Source of the DNA: an uncultured Planctomycetia bacterium
GTDB lineage: Bacteria > Omnitrophota > Gorgyraeia > Tantalellales > Tantalellaceae
Direction of reading: 5' to 3'
Length of the DNA: 64,000 bases
Assembly: GCA_964527765.1 (NCBI GenBank)
Contig: CAZGQR010000001.1
Coordinates: forward strand, 246,353 to 310,352
Part shown: positions 38,699-49,417 of the stretch, piece after piece
Layout of the letters: each line of letters opens with the position of its first letter
Position numbering within the stretch: the first letter of the stretch is position 1
Notes under the pieces: model-generated
What the model saw: the letters and a program-made list of their open reading frames with translations, nothing else
Database searches by the model: none
Told to the model about the DNA's origin: nothing
Program-made: the position numbers and the translations under genes

Positions 38699-39726
38699 AA
38701 CATCCCCTTCGCCGCGTTAAATACTTCTTCGACGGTGATCGCGCGCAGGCATCTGTGATCATACGGACAGGCCGCATCATAGCACGGATCGCATCCCGGG
38801 TCTTCGTGAAATACCACGTGTTTTTCTCCCCACGGGCGCCAGCGCGTGGGACCCGTGCCGGGCATATTCCTTCCGAATATTGCTATGACGGGGATATCCA
38901 GCGCGGCCGCCATGTGCATGGGGCCGGTATCATTACCGATAAACAGCTTGGACCTTTTAATAAGCGCGGCCAGTTCTTTCAGGTCCAATATCCCCGTGAA
39001 GTCCAGTACATCCGTGCCGGACTTCTTTAAAATACCGCCGGTCAGATCTCTCTCTTCCCTGCTTCCCAGGACAGCCACGTTACAACCGGCCTCTTTTCTC
39101 AACCTGCGGATAAGCTCCGCGTATCTTTCACGGGGCCATATCTTGGCGGGGTTGCTGCTGCCGGGGTGGATGACGACCAACGGCCTGTCCGGAATAACGC
39201 CTTTTTCGGCCAGAAGCTTCTCAACAACGTCTTTATCTTTTCTTTCAACGGAAAGGCGCGGAGCGGGCGCTCCGCTCTCTATGCCCGTCAGCCGTAACAG
39301 GTCCATCGTGTACTCGATCTCATGCTTCTCGCCTCTTTCCCTTTCGTCGTGTATTTTTCTATTAAGAAGAAAACCCCATTTCCTGTCATAGCCTATACGA
39401 TCAGGGATACCCGCCAGGAAACACGCAAGATGGAGCATCTTATGCGGATTAAGGACTATTGCGGCATCAAAGCGGCTCTTCCTCAGCAGAATAGCCAGAT
39501 CGACGGCCCTGAGAAACCAATTATTCTTCTTGAAGGTATCAACGGTGATTATCTTTTTTATGTTGTTCCTTCCCTCGACCAGGGGTTTGGAATATTCAGA
39601 TGTCACGAACGAAACACTGGCACCGGGGTGCCGTTCTGTTATGGCATCCGCCGCGACGGTCGAAAGCAGGACTTCCCCGATACGGTCGGTCCGAAAGATA
39701 ACGATGTTCTTGATACTGTTGATCAT
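38695..39726 (-). CDS. GT9 LPS heptosyltransferase (WaaF-like)
   Basis: DRIGEVLL, HPGS..K.W and GNDTGPMHMAAA motifs. Confidence 0.92.
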   Translation of the reverse strand: MINSIKNIVIFRTDRIGEVLLSTVAADAITERHPGASVSFVTSEYSKPLVEGRNNIKKIITVDTFKKNNWFLRAVDLAILLRKSRFDAAIVLNPHKMLHLACFLAGIPDRIGYDRKWGFLLNRKIHDERERGEKHEIEYTMDLLRLTGIESGAPAPRLSVERKDKDVVEKLLAEKGVIPDRPLVVIHPGSSNPAKIWPRERYAELIRRLRKEAGCNVAVLGSREERDLTGGILKKSGTDVLDFTGILDLKELAALIKRSKLFIGNDTGPMHMAAALDIPVIAIFGRNMPGTGPTRWRPWGEKHVVFHEDPGCDPCYDAACPYDHRCLRAITVEEVFNAAKGML

Positions 39727-39754
39727 GGGGATCCCTTGCGAGATAAATTCGCAT

Positions 39755-40441
39755 TTATGATTTAAACCGGCACCGCAGCAACGTTCTTATTGCGTCTATG
39801 CCGTCGCGCCAGCCGATCTTTTTTCCCTCACCGTATCCGCGACCGCGATACGATATCGGGACTTCCCTGATGACATGTCCCTTTTTCAGGAGTTTTGCCG
39901 TTACTTCCGGCTCGATCTCGAACCGCCTCGCCCGGATATCAAGGTTCCGCATGATATCCGTCCTGACCATCTTATAACACGTCTCCATATCCGTAAGGGA
40001 GCTGCCGAAAAGCATATTTGTCAGAACGGTAAGGCTCCAGTTGACGAAGAAATGCGGAAAGTTGGTGGACCGCCATGTCCTGAGAAACCTCGAGCCGTAG
40101 ACTGCGTCCGCCCCGGTCTCTTCAGCGACTTTGGCCAGCTTTACTATATCGCGCGGCAAATATTCCATATCCGCGTCCTGAGCTATCACGTAATCCCCGG
40201 TGGCATTGGAAAGAGCTGTCCTTATCGCCGCTCCCTTGCCCTTATTTTTTTCATGATAAAAAATCCTGACATCCTCTTCTTTATCGCCGAACCTGTCTTT
40301 CAGCAGTTCACGGGTCCCGTCCGTGGAACAGTCATCGACCAGTATCACTTCCTTATCAAGCTTGATCTCCCTGACCAGCCCGATAATATCCATGACCGTC
40401 CTGGATTCATTGTAAACCGGCATAAGTATGGACACTTTCAT
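39755..40441 (-). CDS. DPM1/ArnC-like GT2 (polyprenol-phosphate glycosyltransferase)
   Basis: PVYNE, VDDCSTDGT, GKGAA, QDAD.EY, GSRF, TDMETCYK and EGKKI.W.DG motifs; start ATG 40441. Confidence 0.9.
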   Translation of the reverse strand: MKVSILMPVYNESRTVMDIIGLVREIKLDKEVILVDDCSTDGTRELLKDRFGDKEEDVRIFYHEKNKGKGAAIRTALSNATGDYVIAQDADMEYLPRDIVKLAKVAEETGADAVYGSRFLRTWRSTNFPHFFVNWSLTVLTNMLFGSSLTDMETCYKMVRTDIMRNLDIRARRFEIEPEVTAKLLKKGHVIREVPISYRGRGYGEGKKIGWRDGIDAIRTLLRCRFKS

Positions 40442-40451
40442 AACCGTATTC

Positions 40452-41675
40452 TCAACCGTCCGCTCCCGCCTCTCTAGGCTCAAGTAACTTTACGACAAAA
40501 GAAAGCATCAGCCAGAAAAAGATCGACAATTTAAGGGAAAAAAGCTGCGTATCGAAAAAAGCATGCACTAAGAACGCAAGAAAGCCCGAAAATACTCCTA
40601 TGAAAATAACATCAAGTTTTTCTTTCAATCGTCTGTACCCTCTCAGGATGACCTCGCCCATGATCCACAGGAATGAAGCAAGCCCCAGGATACCTGTTTC
40701 CGCCAGGATCTGCAGATAGCAATTATGGGCATATTGACACCCGCTTGCGCTCCCGTATTTGGAAAAATTATCCATGAAAAGCCCCAGGCCGCAGCCCACC
40801 AGCGGGGAGTCTTTGAAAATAGCAGCTGCCGTTGTCCACATCCTGAAACGGGTCGCGTCTCCGCCCTTCTGCAGAATAAAGACAAGCCTTTCCCTTAAAG
40901 CCGGTACAGCAAGTACGACTATTAAAAAGATCGCCGCCATCGAAAAGATCATTACCTTGATCCTTTTATTCGCGACAAATACCGCCAGGAGCAGGCATAT
41001 GCTGAAAAAAGCCACCCAGGACCCCCGGGAATACGTAAAAAGCATGTTAGCGATTATCATCAAAGCCAGAAGGAAGAAAACGCCCCTGAGCTCCATTCTC
41101 TTTACAGAGCTGAATATTCCCATGTTTATAAAGAAAATCGCCACCAGAAAGGTGGCAAAGTCATTGTAATGATTGAATGTGGCCCTTACCGCCAGGTAGT
41201 TCCCGACGTTGTTCAGATCAAATCCTCTTAAAAAATCCGCGCCGGTGGCCTTCTGATAAAGACCGTCAATGCATACAATAAAGGTGGCCACTAATAAAAC
41301 GTACAGAAGGGCCTTTAACTGTTTTCTTGTCAGGAAGATCCTTGCAAAATAGAACAGCAGGACCCCTTCACCCCACTTGGTGATCCATGCCCTGAGGCTC
41401 TTCGCGAACAAGGGTCCGCTCGCCGTCAAGGACAAGCCGATAAGTATGTAAAAAATAAGAACGGCAAGATTGACCCTGTCGCTGAAAAATAGTCTGATCG
41501 CCCTGAAGGAAGGCGGTTGGAGCGCCGCTTTGGCCATCATCCCGAGCATGACAAGACCGAAAGAGATCTCTATCCCGCTGTTGGAAACCGGCAGAAAAAA
41601 GGCCAGAGAAAGAAAAAACAAAAAAAGGGATCTATCCAGAAAAAGCGTTATTTTATTTTTCGTAACAATATCCAT
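40452..41675 (-). CDS. waaL: O-antigen ligase family protein
   Basis: TYSRGSW, R..MW, G.GLG.F and AHN.YLQ..AETG motifs; polytopic; start ATG 41675. Confidence 0.85.
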   Translation of the reverse strand: MDIVTKNKITLFLDRSLFLFFLSLAFFLPVSNSGIEISFGLVMLGMMAKAALQPPSFRAIRLFFSDRVNLAVLIFYILIGLSLTASGPLFAKSLRAWITKWGEGVLLFYFARIFLTRKQLKALLYVLLVATFIVCIDGLYQKATGADFLRGFDLNNVGNYLAVRATFNHYNDFATFLVAIFFINMGIFSSVKRMELRGVFFLLALMIIANMLFTYSRGSWVAFFSICLLLAVFVANKRIKVMIFSMAAIFLIVVLAVPALRERLVFILQKGGDATRFRMWTTAAAIFKDSPLVGCGLGLFMDNFSKYGSASGCQYAHNCYLQILAETGILGLASFLWIMGEVILRGYRRLKEKLDVIFIGVFSGFLAFLVHAFFDTQLFSLKLSIFFWLMLSFVVKLLEPREAGADG

Positions 41676-41689
41676 AAAGTCGTCGAACC

Positions 41690-43102
41690 TCAGTAAGCCC
41701 CTTTCCCTTTCAAAACCGCCGGTACGGTCCACCACAGTATCATCAGATCCAGGCCGAAGGACCAGTTGTTTATGTACCAGTCATCCCATTTCACCCATTT
41801 CCTGAAACTGAGGGCGCTTCTGCCCCTTACCTGGGACAGGCCTGTCATGCCCGGTCTGATAGATATCCTGTGCATGTGACTGGAATCATACTGCCGGACC
41901 TCATCGGCCGTAGGCGGCCTGGGCCCCACCAGGCTCATTTCCCCCTTTAAAACATTAAGAAGCTGAGGAAGTTCGTCCAGGCTGTATTTTCTCAGAAAAG
42001 CTCCTACCCGCGTTATTCTCGGGTCCTTTTTGATCTTAAAGATTATGCCGTCTTTCACTTCGTTCTCTTCCATCAGCTCTTCTTTTAATTTATCCGCGCC
42101 CATTATCATGGACCGGAACTTGTACAGGCTGAAAATATTGCCCTTGTAGCCCACTCTTTTCTGGATATAAAACACCCGGCCGCGGGAATCCAGCTTGATC
42201 AGCACTGCGATCAACATGAACACCGGGAACAGGGCTGCCAGCAGAATAAAAGAAACAGCCACGTCAAACAATCTCTTGAGGAAAAACTCGGTCGGATGCT
42301 GCCTCCTGCTCTTATAGGTCAGAAGGGGGACGATCCCCAGATAATTCATCTCGGAGATCGCAAGGGGCTCCTCAAAACTCTGAGGGACCACCCTCACCCC
42401 CACCCGATGATCTTTGGCGTCCTTTATCAGCCGGTTGACGGTACCCGTCTCCGAGGGAATAGTGATTATGACCTCATCGACAAAATGTTTTTTTATTATA
42501 GTGGAAAAATCCCGAATAGCGCCCAGTACCCGCACGCCTTCAACGTCCCCGTTGATATTATCGTCCAGAAAGCCGACCACCCTGAACCCCCACCAGGGCA
42601 TCTTTCTGATCTCCTGAAGCGCCAGAACGCCCATCTTGCCCGCGCCTATTATCATAACATTTATATTATGAAACCCGTTTGAGATCATTTTTCTTAAGAT
42701 CAGTCTCTTTACGGTCCGCCACGCGCTCAATAAAACGCAAAACAGGATAACGCTCTCCAGAAAGATCTGCCTGGAAAAGAATTTATACTGCGAAAAGAAC
42801 ACGACCGCTCCTATTAGTACGCTGGTATATAACACGCAAACGCACACCCTGCCGATCTCTTTCGGGATGGCAAGGCTTCTGTCGGTATAATACAAATTTC
42901 TCATTTTCAGCGCCAGCAGCAGGAAGAACGCCCACAGAACGAAAACGAATGAATATTCCCTGAAATTGGGCAGATACACGCCGGTAAAGATATCTTCCGG
43001 AGAGTTATACCTGAAGAGATAGGACAAGTAGAAACCTGTCGTGATAAAAACCAGATCTACAAAAATATAGAAAGAATGAACTTTACGTAATGGTCTTATC
43101 AT
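41690..43102 (-). CDS. Undecaprenyl-phosphate sugar phosphotransferase (WcaJ/WbaP-like)
   Basis: KR.FD, KFRSM, DPRIT, LDELPQ, MSLVGPRP and PG.TG..Q motifs. Confidence 0.93.
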   Translation of the reverse strand: MIRPLRKVHSFYIFVDLVFITTGFYLSYLFRYNSPEDIFTGVYLPNFREYSFVFVLWAFFLLLALKMRNLYYTDRSLAIPKEIGRVCVCVLYTSVLIGAVVFFSQYKFFSRQIFLESVILFCVLLSAWRTVKRLILRKMISNGFHNINVMIIGAGKMGVLALQEIRKMPWWGFRVVGFLDDNINGDVEGVRVLGAIRDFSTIIKKHFVDEVIITIPSETGTVNRLIKDAKDHRVGVRVVPQSFEEPLAISEMNYLGIVPLLTYKSRRQHPTEFFLKRLFDVAVSFILLAALFPVFMLIAVLIKLDSRGRVFYIQKRVGYKGNIFSLYKFRSMIMGADKLKEELMEENEVKDGIIFKIKKDPRITRVGAFLRKYSLDELPQLLNVLKGEMSLVGPRPPTADEVRQYDSSHMHRISIRPGMTGLSQVRGRSALSFRKWVKWDDWYINNWSFGLDLMILWWTVPAVLKGKGAY

Positions 43103-43124
43103 CGAGTCGCCTTGAAATTTATCA

Positions 43125-44264
43125 TTAAGATTTAAAGAAATCCCTTGTTGTCCGGATTATATATTCTATCTCTTTCTCGCTGAGTTCAGGATAAACGGGC
43201 AAAGAAAGAACTCTTTCTGCCGCTTCCTCGGAAACCGGAAAACTGCCTATGGAACGCCCCAGATCCTTATAACACGGCTGCAAATGCAGCGGCACGGGAT
43301 AATAAACGCGCGCGGCTATGCCCCTCTCATTAAGATACCGAAGGAACTCATCTCGCTTATCCACAGCTATGGTGTACTGATGATAGGTATGTACATTGCC
43401 CCCGGCGACCTTCGGCGTAATGATACCGAGCGGCGAAAATGCCTCATCGTACCGGGCGGCAATAGCCCGTCTGCCTTCAAGCCATGCGTCAAGTTTCTTC
43501 AACTTGACGCGAAGAACGGCGGCCTGGAGGCTGTCGAGCCGCGAATTATACCCTATCTCTTCATGGATATACTGTTCGCGGCTGCCATGGACGCGAAGTC
43601 TTTTTATCCGCTCGATCACAGCCGTATCTGAAGAAGCGACCATGCCCCCGTCCCCGAATCCTCCCAGGTTCTTGCTGGGAAAAAAGCTGAAACATCCCGC
43701 ATTTCCGAAACTTCCCGCTCTTTTCCCCCCGCAGGTTGCGCCTATGGCCTGGGCGCAATCTTCTATGACCTTGAGCTCGTATCTATTTGCGATCTCCATA
43801 ATACGGTCCATGTCAGCGCATTGCCCGTAAAGATGCACGGGGATTATCGCCTTGATCGCATTTTTCGTCTCGGGAGGCGCATTCTGCAAAAGCTCCTCTA
43901 TCTTATCAGGATCGATATTATATGTCCCGGGGTCTATATCGACGAACAGCGGTCTTGCCCCGAGGACAGAGATGGATTCCGCGGTGGCAAAAAACGTGAA
44001 CGGGGTCGTAATGACCATGTCCCCCTCACCGACTCCCAGGACACGCAAGGCAAGAATGATCGCGTCCGTGCCCGAGGCGACGCCTGCCGCATACGATACG
44101 CCCGTATAATCGGCGATCTCTTTCTCCAGAGCGCTTACTTCCGGCGACAGGATAAAATACTGGCTGTCAACAACGCGCATCATCACCCTGCTTATCTCAT
44201 CTTTTATCGACTCGTATTGCGCCTTAAGATCCAATAACGGTATTTTCATGTTCGCTTTCCCCAT
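43125..44264 (-). CDS. DegT/DnrJ/EryC1/StrS nucleotide-sugar aminotransferase
   Basis: SGTDA, PVHLYGQ, EDCAQA, SFFPSKNLG..GDGG and NSRLD motifs. Confidence 0.93.
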   Translation of the reverse strand: MGKANMKIPLLDLKAQYESIKDEISRVMMRVVDSQYFILSPEVSALEKEIADYTGVSYAAGVASGTDAIILALRVLGVGEGDMVITTPFTFFATAESISVLGARPLFVDIDPGTYNIDPDKIEELLQNAPPETKNAIKAIIPVHLYGQCADMDRIMEIANRYELKVIEDCAQAIGATCGGKRAGSFGNAGCFSFFPSKNLGGFGDGGMVASSDTAVIERIKRLRVHGSREQYIHEEIGYNSRLDSLQAAVLRVKLKKLDAWLEGRRAIAARYDEAFSPLGIITPKVAGGNVHTYHQYTIAVDKRDEFLRYLNERGIAARVYYPVPLHLQPCYKDLGRSIGSFPVSEEAAERVLSLPVYPELSEKEIEYIIRTTRDFFKS

Positions 44265-44267
44265 TAA

Positions 44268-45203
44268 TCAGTCCCTGTAATTCTCCTTGAACCATCGGAT
44301 GGTCTTAAGCAGTCCCTCTTCCAGGCCGACCCGCGGCTCCCATCCAAGTTTCTCCCTGGCTTTCGTGATATCAGGCCTTCTCACCTTCGGGTCATTGACC
44401 GGGAGATCTTCAAAAACTATTTCCCTCTTGCACCCGGTAATCTCCCTGATCTTCTTCGCGAAATCGAGAACGCTCATTTCCTCGGGATTACCGAGATTCA
44501 CCGGCTCGTTGAGATCCGACCCCATGAGCTTCATAAGCCCCGCGACCATATCCGACACGTAGCAAAAACTCCTGGTCTGTGAACCGTCGCCGTACACCGT
44601 CAACGGCTTATCCTTAAGCGCCTGGTCTATGAAGTTCGGGACCACTCTTCCGTCATGATGGCGCATGCGCTCGCCGTAGGTATTGAATATGCGCGCTATT
44701 TTCGCGTCAATACCGTGGCTCCTGTGATACGCAAGAGCGATGGCCTCCGCAAAACGCTTGGCTTCATCGTAGACCCCGCGCGGACCGATAGGATTGACGT
44801 TCCCCCAGTACGTCTCAGGCTGAGGGTTGACAAGAGGGTCTCCGTATACTTCCGACGTGGATGCCAGCAGGAATTTGGCATTATGCTTCTTAGCCACTCC
44901 CAGTAAGTTGTGGGTTCCCAGCGAACCTACCTTCAGCGTCTTTATCGGATAGTTAAGATAGTCCACGGGGCTTGCCGGTGAGGCCAGATGAAGGACATAA
45001 TCGATCTCTCCGTCGACGTCTATGTATTTGGACACGTCGTGTTCGATAAATTCAAAATTCACTTTTTTCTCAAGATGAGAGATATTTTCCAGCCTGCCCG
45101 TTACAAGGTTATCCATGCATATGACCTCATGGCCCGCCTCAAGCAGCTTTTCCGATAAATGTGATCCGATAAACCCGGCTCCGCCGGTTATTAGCACCCG
45201 CAT
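44268..45203 (-). CDS. UDP-glucuronate decarboxylase (UDP-xylose synthase-like SDR)
   Basis: [41 protein letters not shown] and [10 protein letters not shown] motifs; start ATG 45203. Confidence 0.9.
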   Translation of the reverse strand: MRVLITGGAGFIGSHLSEKLLEAGHEVICMDNLVTGRLENISHLEKKVNFEFIEHDVSKYIDVDGEIDYVLHLASPASPVDYLNYPIKTLKVGSLGTHNLLGVAKKHNAKFLLASTSEVYGDPLVNPQPETYWGNVNPIGPRGVYDEAKRFAEAIALAYHRSHGIDAKIARIFNTYGERMRHHDGRVVPNFIDQALKDKPLTVYGDGSQTRSFCYVSDMVAGLMKLMGSDLNEPVNLGNPEEMSVLDFAKKIREITGCKREIVFEDLPVNDPKVRRPDITKAREKLGWEPRVGLEEGLLKTIRWFKENYRD

Positions 45204-45213
45204 ATCTTCCTCT

Positions 45214-46146
45214 CTATTTGTTAAGGAACCACTCCGCTGTCCTTTTGAGGCCTTCATGAAAATCGATCCGCGGCCCGACTTTGAGAACTTTTTTCAGCTG
45301 AGTTATATCCGCAAATGTCCTGTCCACGTCGCCGGGGCGTTTGGGCCCGTAAACGGGCCCGATATCCCTGCCGAGGATCTTTTTAAGCTCTCTCTCGACG
45401 TCAAGGACCGAATAATCGCGCCCGGAAGCGACGTTAAAGACCTTTCCCGAGACCCCCGGAACCTCGCACGCGGCAAGATTCGCGTCAACGACATTGGCGA
45501 CAAAAGTAAAATCGCGGGACTGTTTGCCGTCGCCGTCGATGGTGCACGGCTGATGTTTTGAAAGCATCGATATAAAAGCCGGCACGACCGCGGAATATCT
45601 TGATTCCGGGTTCTGCCTCGGCCCGAAAACGTTGAAATACCTCAGGCTCACGGTCTCAAGCCCCATGGTCCCAGCGAATATCCTGCAGTAATATTCCCCT
45701 GCGAGCTTGCTTACCCCGTACGGCGATATGGGATTGGGGGTAAGGGTCTCTTTTTGGGGATAGCTATCACAGTTGCCGTAAACAGAACTGCTTGAGGCAT
45801 AGACGAGCCTCCTGACGCCCGCTTCCTTTGCCAGCATCAAAAGGTTCAGTGTGCCGCTCACGTTGACGTCATTGGTCACGACAGGCTGTTCCACGCTTCG
45901 AGCCACGCTCCTGAGCGCAGCCTGGTGAAGGACAAGATCAACATCCTTCAGAGCTTCTCTCACGTCATCTGCGTCGCGCACATCCCCTTTCCGGAAATCT
46001 ATCCTGTCCATAAAAGGGGCAAGATTTTCTTCTTTTCCGGTGGAAAGGTCGTCCAGCACGCGGACGTCCTGACCCTGCCTGACCAGTTCTTCCACGATAT
46101 TCGAACCTATGAATCCCGCACCGCCCGTAACTAAATATTTTTTCAT
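45214..46146 (-). CDS. NAD-dependent nucleotide-sugar epimerase (WbpP/GalE-like SDR)
   Basis: [26 protein letters not shown] and DG.QSRDFT motifs. Confidence 0.9.
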   Translation of the reverse strand: MKKYLVTGGAGFIGSNIVEELVRQGQDVRVLDDLSTGKEENLAPFMDRIDFRKGDVRDADDVREALKDVDLVLHQAALRSVARSVEQPVVTNDVNVSGTLNLLMLAKEAGVRRLVYASSSSVYGNCDSYPQKETLTPNPISPYGVSKLAGEYYCRIFAGTMGLETVSLRYFNVFGPRQNPESRYSAVVPAFISMLSKHQPCTIDGDGKQSRDFTFVANVVDANLAACEVPGVSGKVFNVASGRDYSVLDVERELKKILGRDIGPVYGPKRPGDVDRTFADITQLKKVLKVGPRIDFHEGLKRTAEWFLNK

Positions 46147-46177
46147 GGTCTTTCCTTTACCCGCCTGTTCGGCAGAT

Positions 46178-47491
46178 TCACAGCTTGGCTATATTGTCCC
46201 CCCTGATCCCGTGCCGTTCAAACGCGTTCCTGGCGTCAAACGCCAGGGCGGCATTAGCGGCGATCATCCTGTAATCCAGATCGCTGTGATCGGTGACTAT
46301 CAGGACTATATCCTGCTTTTTTAAAAGCGCCGGGGTCAGCCTGCGGGATCTCATCCTGATCCCGTTAACATTAAGATACGGTATGAGGGGGTCATGATAG
46401 GTCACGTTTATCTTTTTCCTTTTGAGGCCCTCTATGATCTCCAATGCCGGGGATTCCCTTAAGTCGTTGACATCCTTTTTATAGGTCACTCCTATAACAA
46501 GCACGCGCGCGGTGCCGAGTTTTTTCCTCACCGCTTTCAGGGATCCCGTTATCTGCCCGGTCACGTACATCGGGACCATGCGATTGGTCCGCGCGGCAAG
46601 ATCTATCATCTTCGTCTCAAATCCGACGGTCCGGGCTTTCCATGAAAGATACATGGGGTCCGCCGGGATGCAATGTCCGCCGATGCCGGGACCGGGATAA
46701 AACGGCATGAACCCGAACGGTTTTGTCCGGGCCGCTTCTATGACCTCCCATACGTCGATCTTCAGCTTGCGGCAAAGCATGGCGAATTCGTTTATAAGAG
46801 CTATATTCACTATGCGGAAGGTATTCTCCAGGAGTTTCGTCACCTCAGCCGTTTCGGCGCCGGACACCCCCACCACCCTGTCTATGATCTTTGAATATAG
46901 CAATTCGCCGAGCCGGGTGCTTTTCGGGGTAACGCCGCCGATGACCTTTGGTATGTTTGTCAGGCCGTATTTCGGGTTTCCCGGATCTATCCTTTCCGGC
47001 GAAAAGGCCAGATAGAAGTCTTTGTCCAGACTGTACCCGCTTTTCTCCAATTCGGGCAGGATGACTTCGCGCGTCGTGCCCGGATACGTGGTGCTTTCTA
47101 TCACGATCAGCTGCCCGGGGCGCATCTTTTTTCTCAAAGAGCGGCTGGCAAGAACAATGTAAGATATGTCGGGCTCCGCTATTTTCCTCAACGGAGTGGG
47201 AACGCACATGACGATCACATCCGAGGAGCGCAGCACGCCGCTATCGGCCGTAACGGAAAAACAGCCCTTGCTGTACGCCTCGCGCACTTCCTCGGAAGAA
47301 ATATCATTTATGTACGATTCTTTTCTTTTTAATTTTTTGATACGATGGGGGTTATTGTCCAGACCGTTAACGGTGTAACCCTTACGGCAGAATTCAAGGG
47401 CTATCGGCAAACCGACATACCCCAGCCCTATAACGGTGATAACCGCGTTCTTGTTTTTTATCTTCTTTTTGAGTTCAGAATAAACGTTCAT
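46178..47491 (-). CDS. UDP-HexNAc 6-dehydrogenase (WbpA/WecC-like)
   Basis: GLGYVGLP, ESTTYPGTT, SPERIDPG, KLLENTFR and GGHCIP.DP motifs. Confidence 0.92.
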   Translation of the reverse strand: MNVYSELKKKIKNKNAVITVIGLGYVGLPIALEFCRKGYTVNGLDNNPHRIKKLKRKESYINDISSEEVREAYSKGCFSVTADSGVLRSSDVIVMCVPTPLRKIAEPDISYIVLASRSLRKKMRPGQLIVIESTTYPGTTREVILPELEKSGYSLDKDFYLAFSPERIDPGNPKYGLTNIPKVIGGVTPKSTRLGELLYSKIIDRVVGVSGAETAEVTKLLENTFRIVNIALINEFAMLCRKLKIDVWEVIEAARTKPFGFMPFYPGPGIGGHCIPADPMYLSWKARTVGFETKMIDLAARTNRMVPMYVTGQITGSLKAVRKKLGTARVLVIGVTYKKDVNDLRESPALEIIEGLKRKKINVTYHDPLIPYLNVNGIRMRSRRLTPALLKKQDIVLIVTDHSDLDYRMIAANAALAFDARNAFERHGIRGDNIAKL

Positions 47492-47521
47492 CTTATGCTC
47501 TGGTCAAATCGATATTCCATG

Positions 47522-48418
47522 CTAAAAATAATGTTCCCTGACGTAATCCGCCAGCGCCTCTTCCCAGGAACGCATCCTGTATCCCGTAGCTTCCTGGAAT
47601 TTGCCGCTGTCAAGGGCCGAAAAGGCGGGCCTTGGAGCAAACCCTGTCAGCTCCGACGACAGAATCGGCTCCACGATGACCTTCCCCCTCATTCCTGCTT
47701 CGCTCAGTATCTTCAGGGCAAAATCATACCGGGAACACCATCCTGAATTGGACACGTGAAAGATATATTGCCTGAAGTCGCCAAAAGATCCGATAAGTTT
47801 CTTCAGCGCGCCGGCAAAATCTCTCGTGCACGTGGGAGACCCGATCTGGTCCCTGACGATCCGCAGGCGTCCCTCGGCCTTCCCTTTTGCTATTACGGTA
47901 TCCACAAAATTGTCACCTCCGGGGCCGTAAAGCCAGCTCGCCCTTACGATCGCATAACGCGTAATAACATTTTTTAGGGCTTTTTCAGCTTCCCATTTCG
48001 CCCTGCCGTAAACACTGAGAGGCCGTCCGGTGTCATTTTCCACATAGGGCTCGCCTTTTTCCCCGTCAAACACGAAATCCGTGCTTATGAATACGACGGG
48101 GGTGCCTTCTCCGCTTAAAGCCTCGGCAACATTACGGGTGCCGGCGGTATTGACCTCATAAGCCTTTTCCGGGTCCCTCTCGCACCCATCGACATCTGTC
48201 CATGCCGCCGCGTGAATGACCAGATCCGGTCTTTCCTTGTCAAAGATCTCACTGATCCGTTCGCGATCGGTCACGCTTGCTCTATAAAACCTCCGAGGCC
48301 CGTGATCCGAAGCCGCGGGACCGGCAACATCCATCCCTGCTATATCGTTTCCCGTCCCCAAAACCTTGCATAGCTCCGTTCCCAACATCCCGCTTGAACC
48401 GGTGATCAGTATCTTCAT
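47522..48418 (-). CDS. rfbD: dTDP-4-dehydrorhamnose reductase
   Basis: TGSSGMLG, AAWTDVD..E, STDFVFDG, YG..K and DQIGSPT motifs. Confidence 0.94.
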   Translation of the reverse strand: MKILITGSSGMLGTELCKVLGTGNDIAGMDVAGPAASDHGPRRFYRASVTDRERISEIFDKERPDLVIHAAAWTDVDGCERDPEKAYEVNTAGTRNVAEALSGEGTPVVFISTDFVFDGEKGEPYVENDTGRPLSVYGRAKWEAEKALKNVITRYAIVRASWLYGPGGDNFVDTVIAKGKAEGRLRIVRDQIGSPTCTRDFAGALKKLIGSFGDFRQYIFHVSNSGWCSRYDFALKILSEAGMRGKVIVEPILSSELTGFAPRPAFSALDSGKFQEATGYRMRSWEEALADYVREHYF

Positions 48419-48439
48419 TTTGCGCCGTAGGGTCTCACC

Positions 48440-49417
48440 TTACCATTCTATAATTTCCGCTTTATCTTTAAGGGGCTTCCACCAGGCCTCGTTCGCCTTA
48501 TACCACTTGAGGGTCCTTTCAAGGTTCCCGGTAAAATCACCCTCCGGCGTCCAGCCGAGCATTTTGATCCTGGATGAATCCAGCGCGTACCGCCTGTCGT
48601 GACCCGGCCTGTCATTGACATACTCGATAGATTCCCTGCCCTTTCCCATCATGGACAGGATCTTTTCGGTCAGCTCAAGGTTGCTCAGAAGGTTTCCTCC
48701 TCCTATGTTGTAGATCTGCCCCGGCTTGCCCTGACGCAGCGCCAGGTCAATACCCCTGCAGTTATCCTCCACGAAGAGCCAGTCCCTGACATTACCGCCG
48801 TTCCCGTAAAGGGGGACCTTTTGCCCCCGCAGAAGATTGGTCATGAACAGCGGTATGATCTTTTCGGGATACTGAAAAGGGCCGAAATTATTGGAGCTTC
48901 TCACGACGACCACCGGCAATCCATAAGTAGTATGGTAAGATAGCGCCAGAAGATCCCCCGCCGCCTTGGTGGCGGAATACGGGCTGTTCGTGTTCAGGGG
49001 GTCATCCTCTTTTGACAGCCCCTTCGGAACGCTCCCGTACACCTCATCGGTCCCTACCTGAACAAAGCGGGCGATATTCGCCTTCCTGGCCGCTTCCAGG
49101 AGCGTTTTTACACCGAAAACGTTTGTCATCAAAAAATCATCCGGGTATTTAATGGACCTGTCTACATGTGTCTCCGCGGCAAAATTCACGAGTATATCAA
49201 CCTCGTTCACCAGGTCCCCGATCAGTTTCTTGTCGCAGATATCGCCCTTGACGAACGAATAACGCGCGTCCCCTGCGATATCACGGAGATTTTCGGGATT
49301 GCCGCAATACGTCAGCTTATCAAGGTTGATAACGCGCGTATCTTTATATTCCCGAAGCACGAAACGGATGAAATTCGAGCCTATGAACCCGCAACCGCCG
49401 GTCACCAGCAATCTCAT
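48440..49417 (-). CDS. rfbB: dTDP-glucose 4,6-dehydratase
   Basis: DKLTY.GN, AAETHVDRSI, TDEVYG, SPYSATKA and DRPGHDRRY motifs; start ATG 49417. Confidence 0.96.
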   Translation of the reverse strand: MRLLVTGGCGFIGSNFIRFVLREYKDTRVINLDKLTYCGNPENLRDIAGDARYSFVKGDICDKKLIGDLVNEVDILVNFAAETHVDRSIKYPDDFLMTNVFGVKTLLEAARKANIARFVQVGTDEVYGSVPKGLSKEDDPLNTNSPYSATKAAGDLLALSYHTTYGLPVVVVRSSNNFGPFQYPEKIIPLFMTNLLRGQKVPLYGNGGNVRDWLFVEDNCRGIDLALRQGKPGQIYNIGGGNLLSNLELTEKILSMMGKGRESIEYVNDRPGHDRRYALDSSRIKMLGWTPEGDFTGNLERTLKWYKANEAWWKPLKDKAEIIEW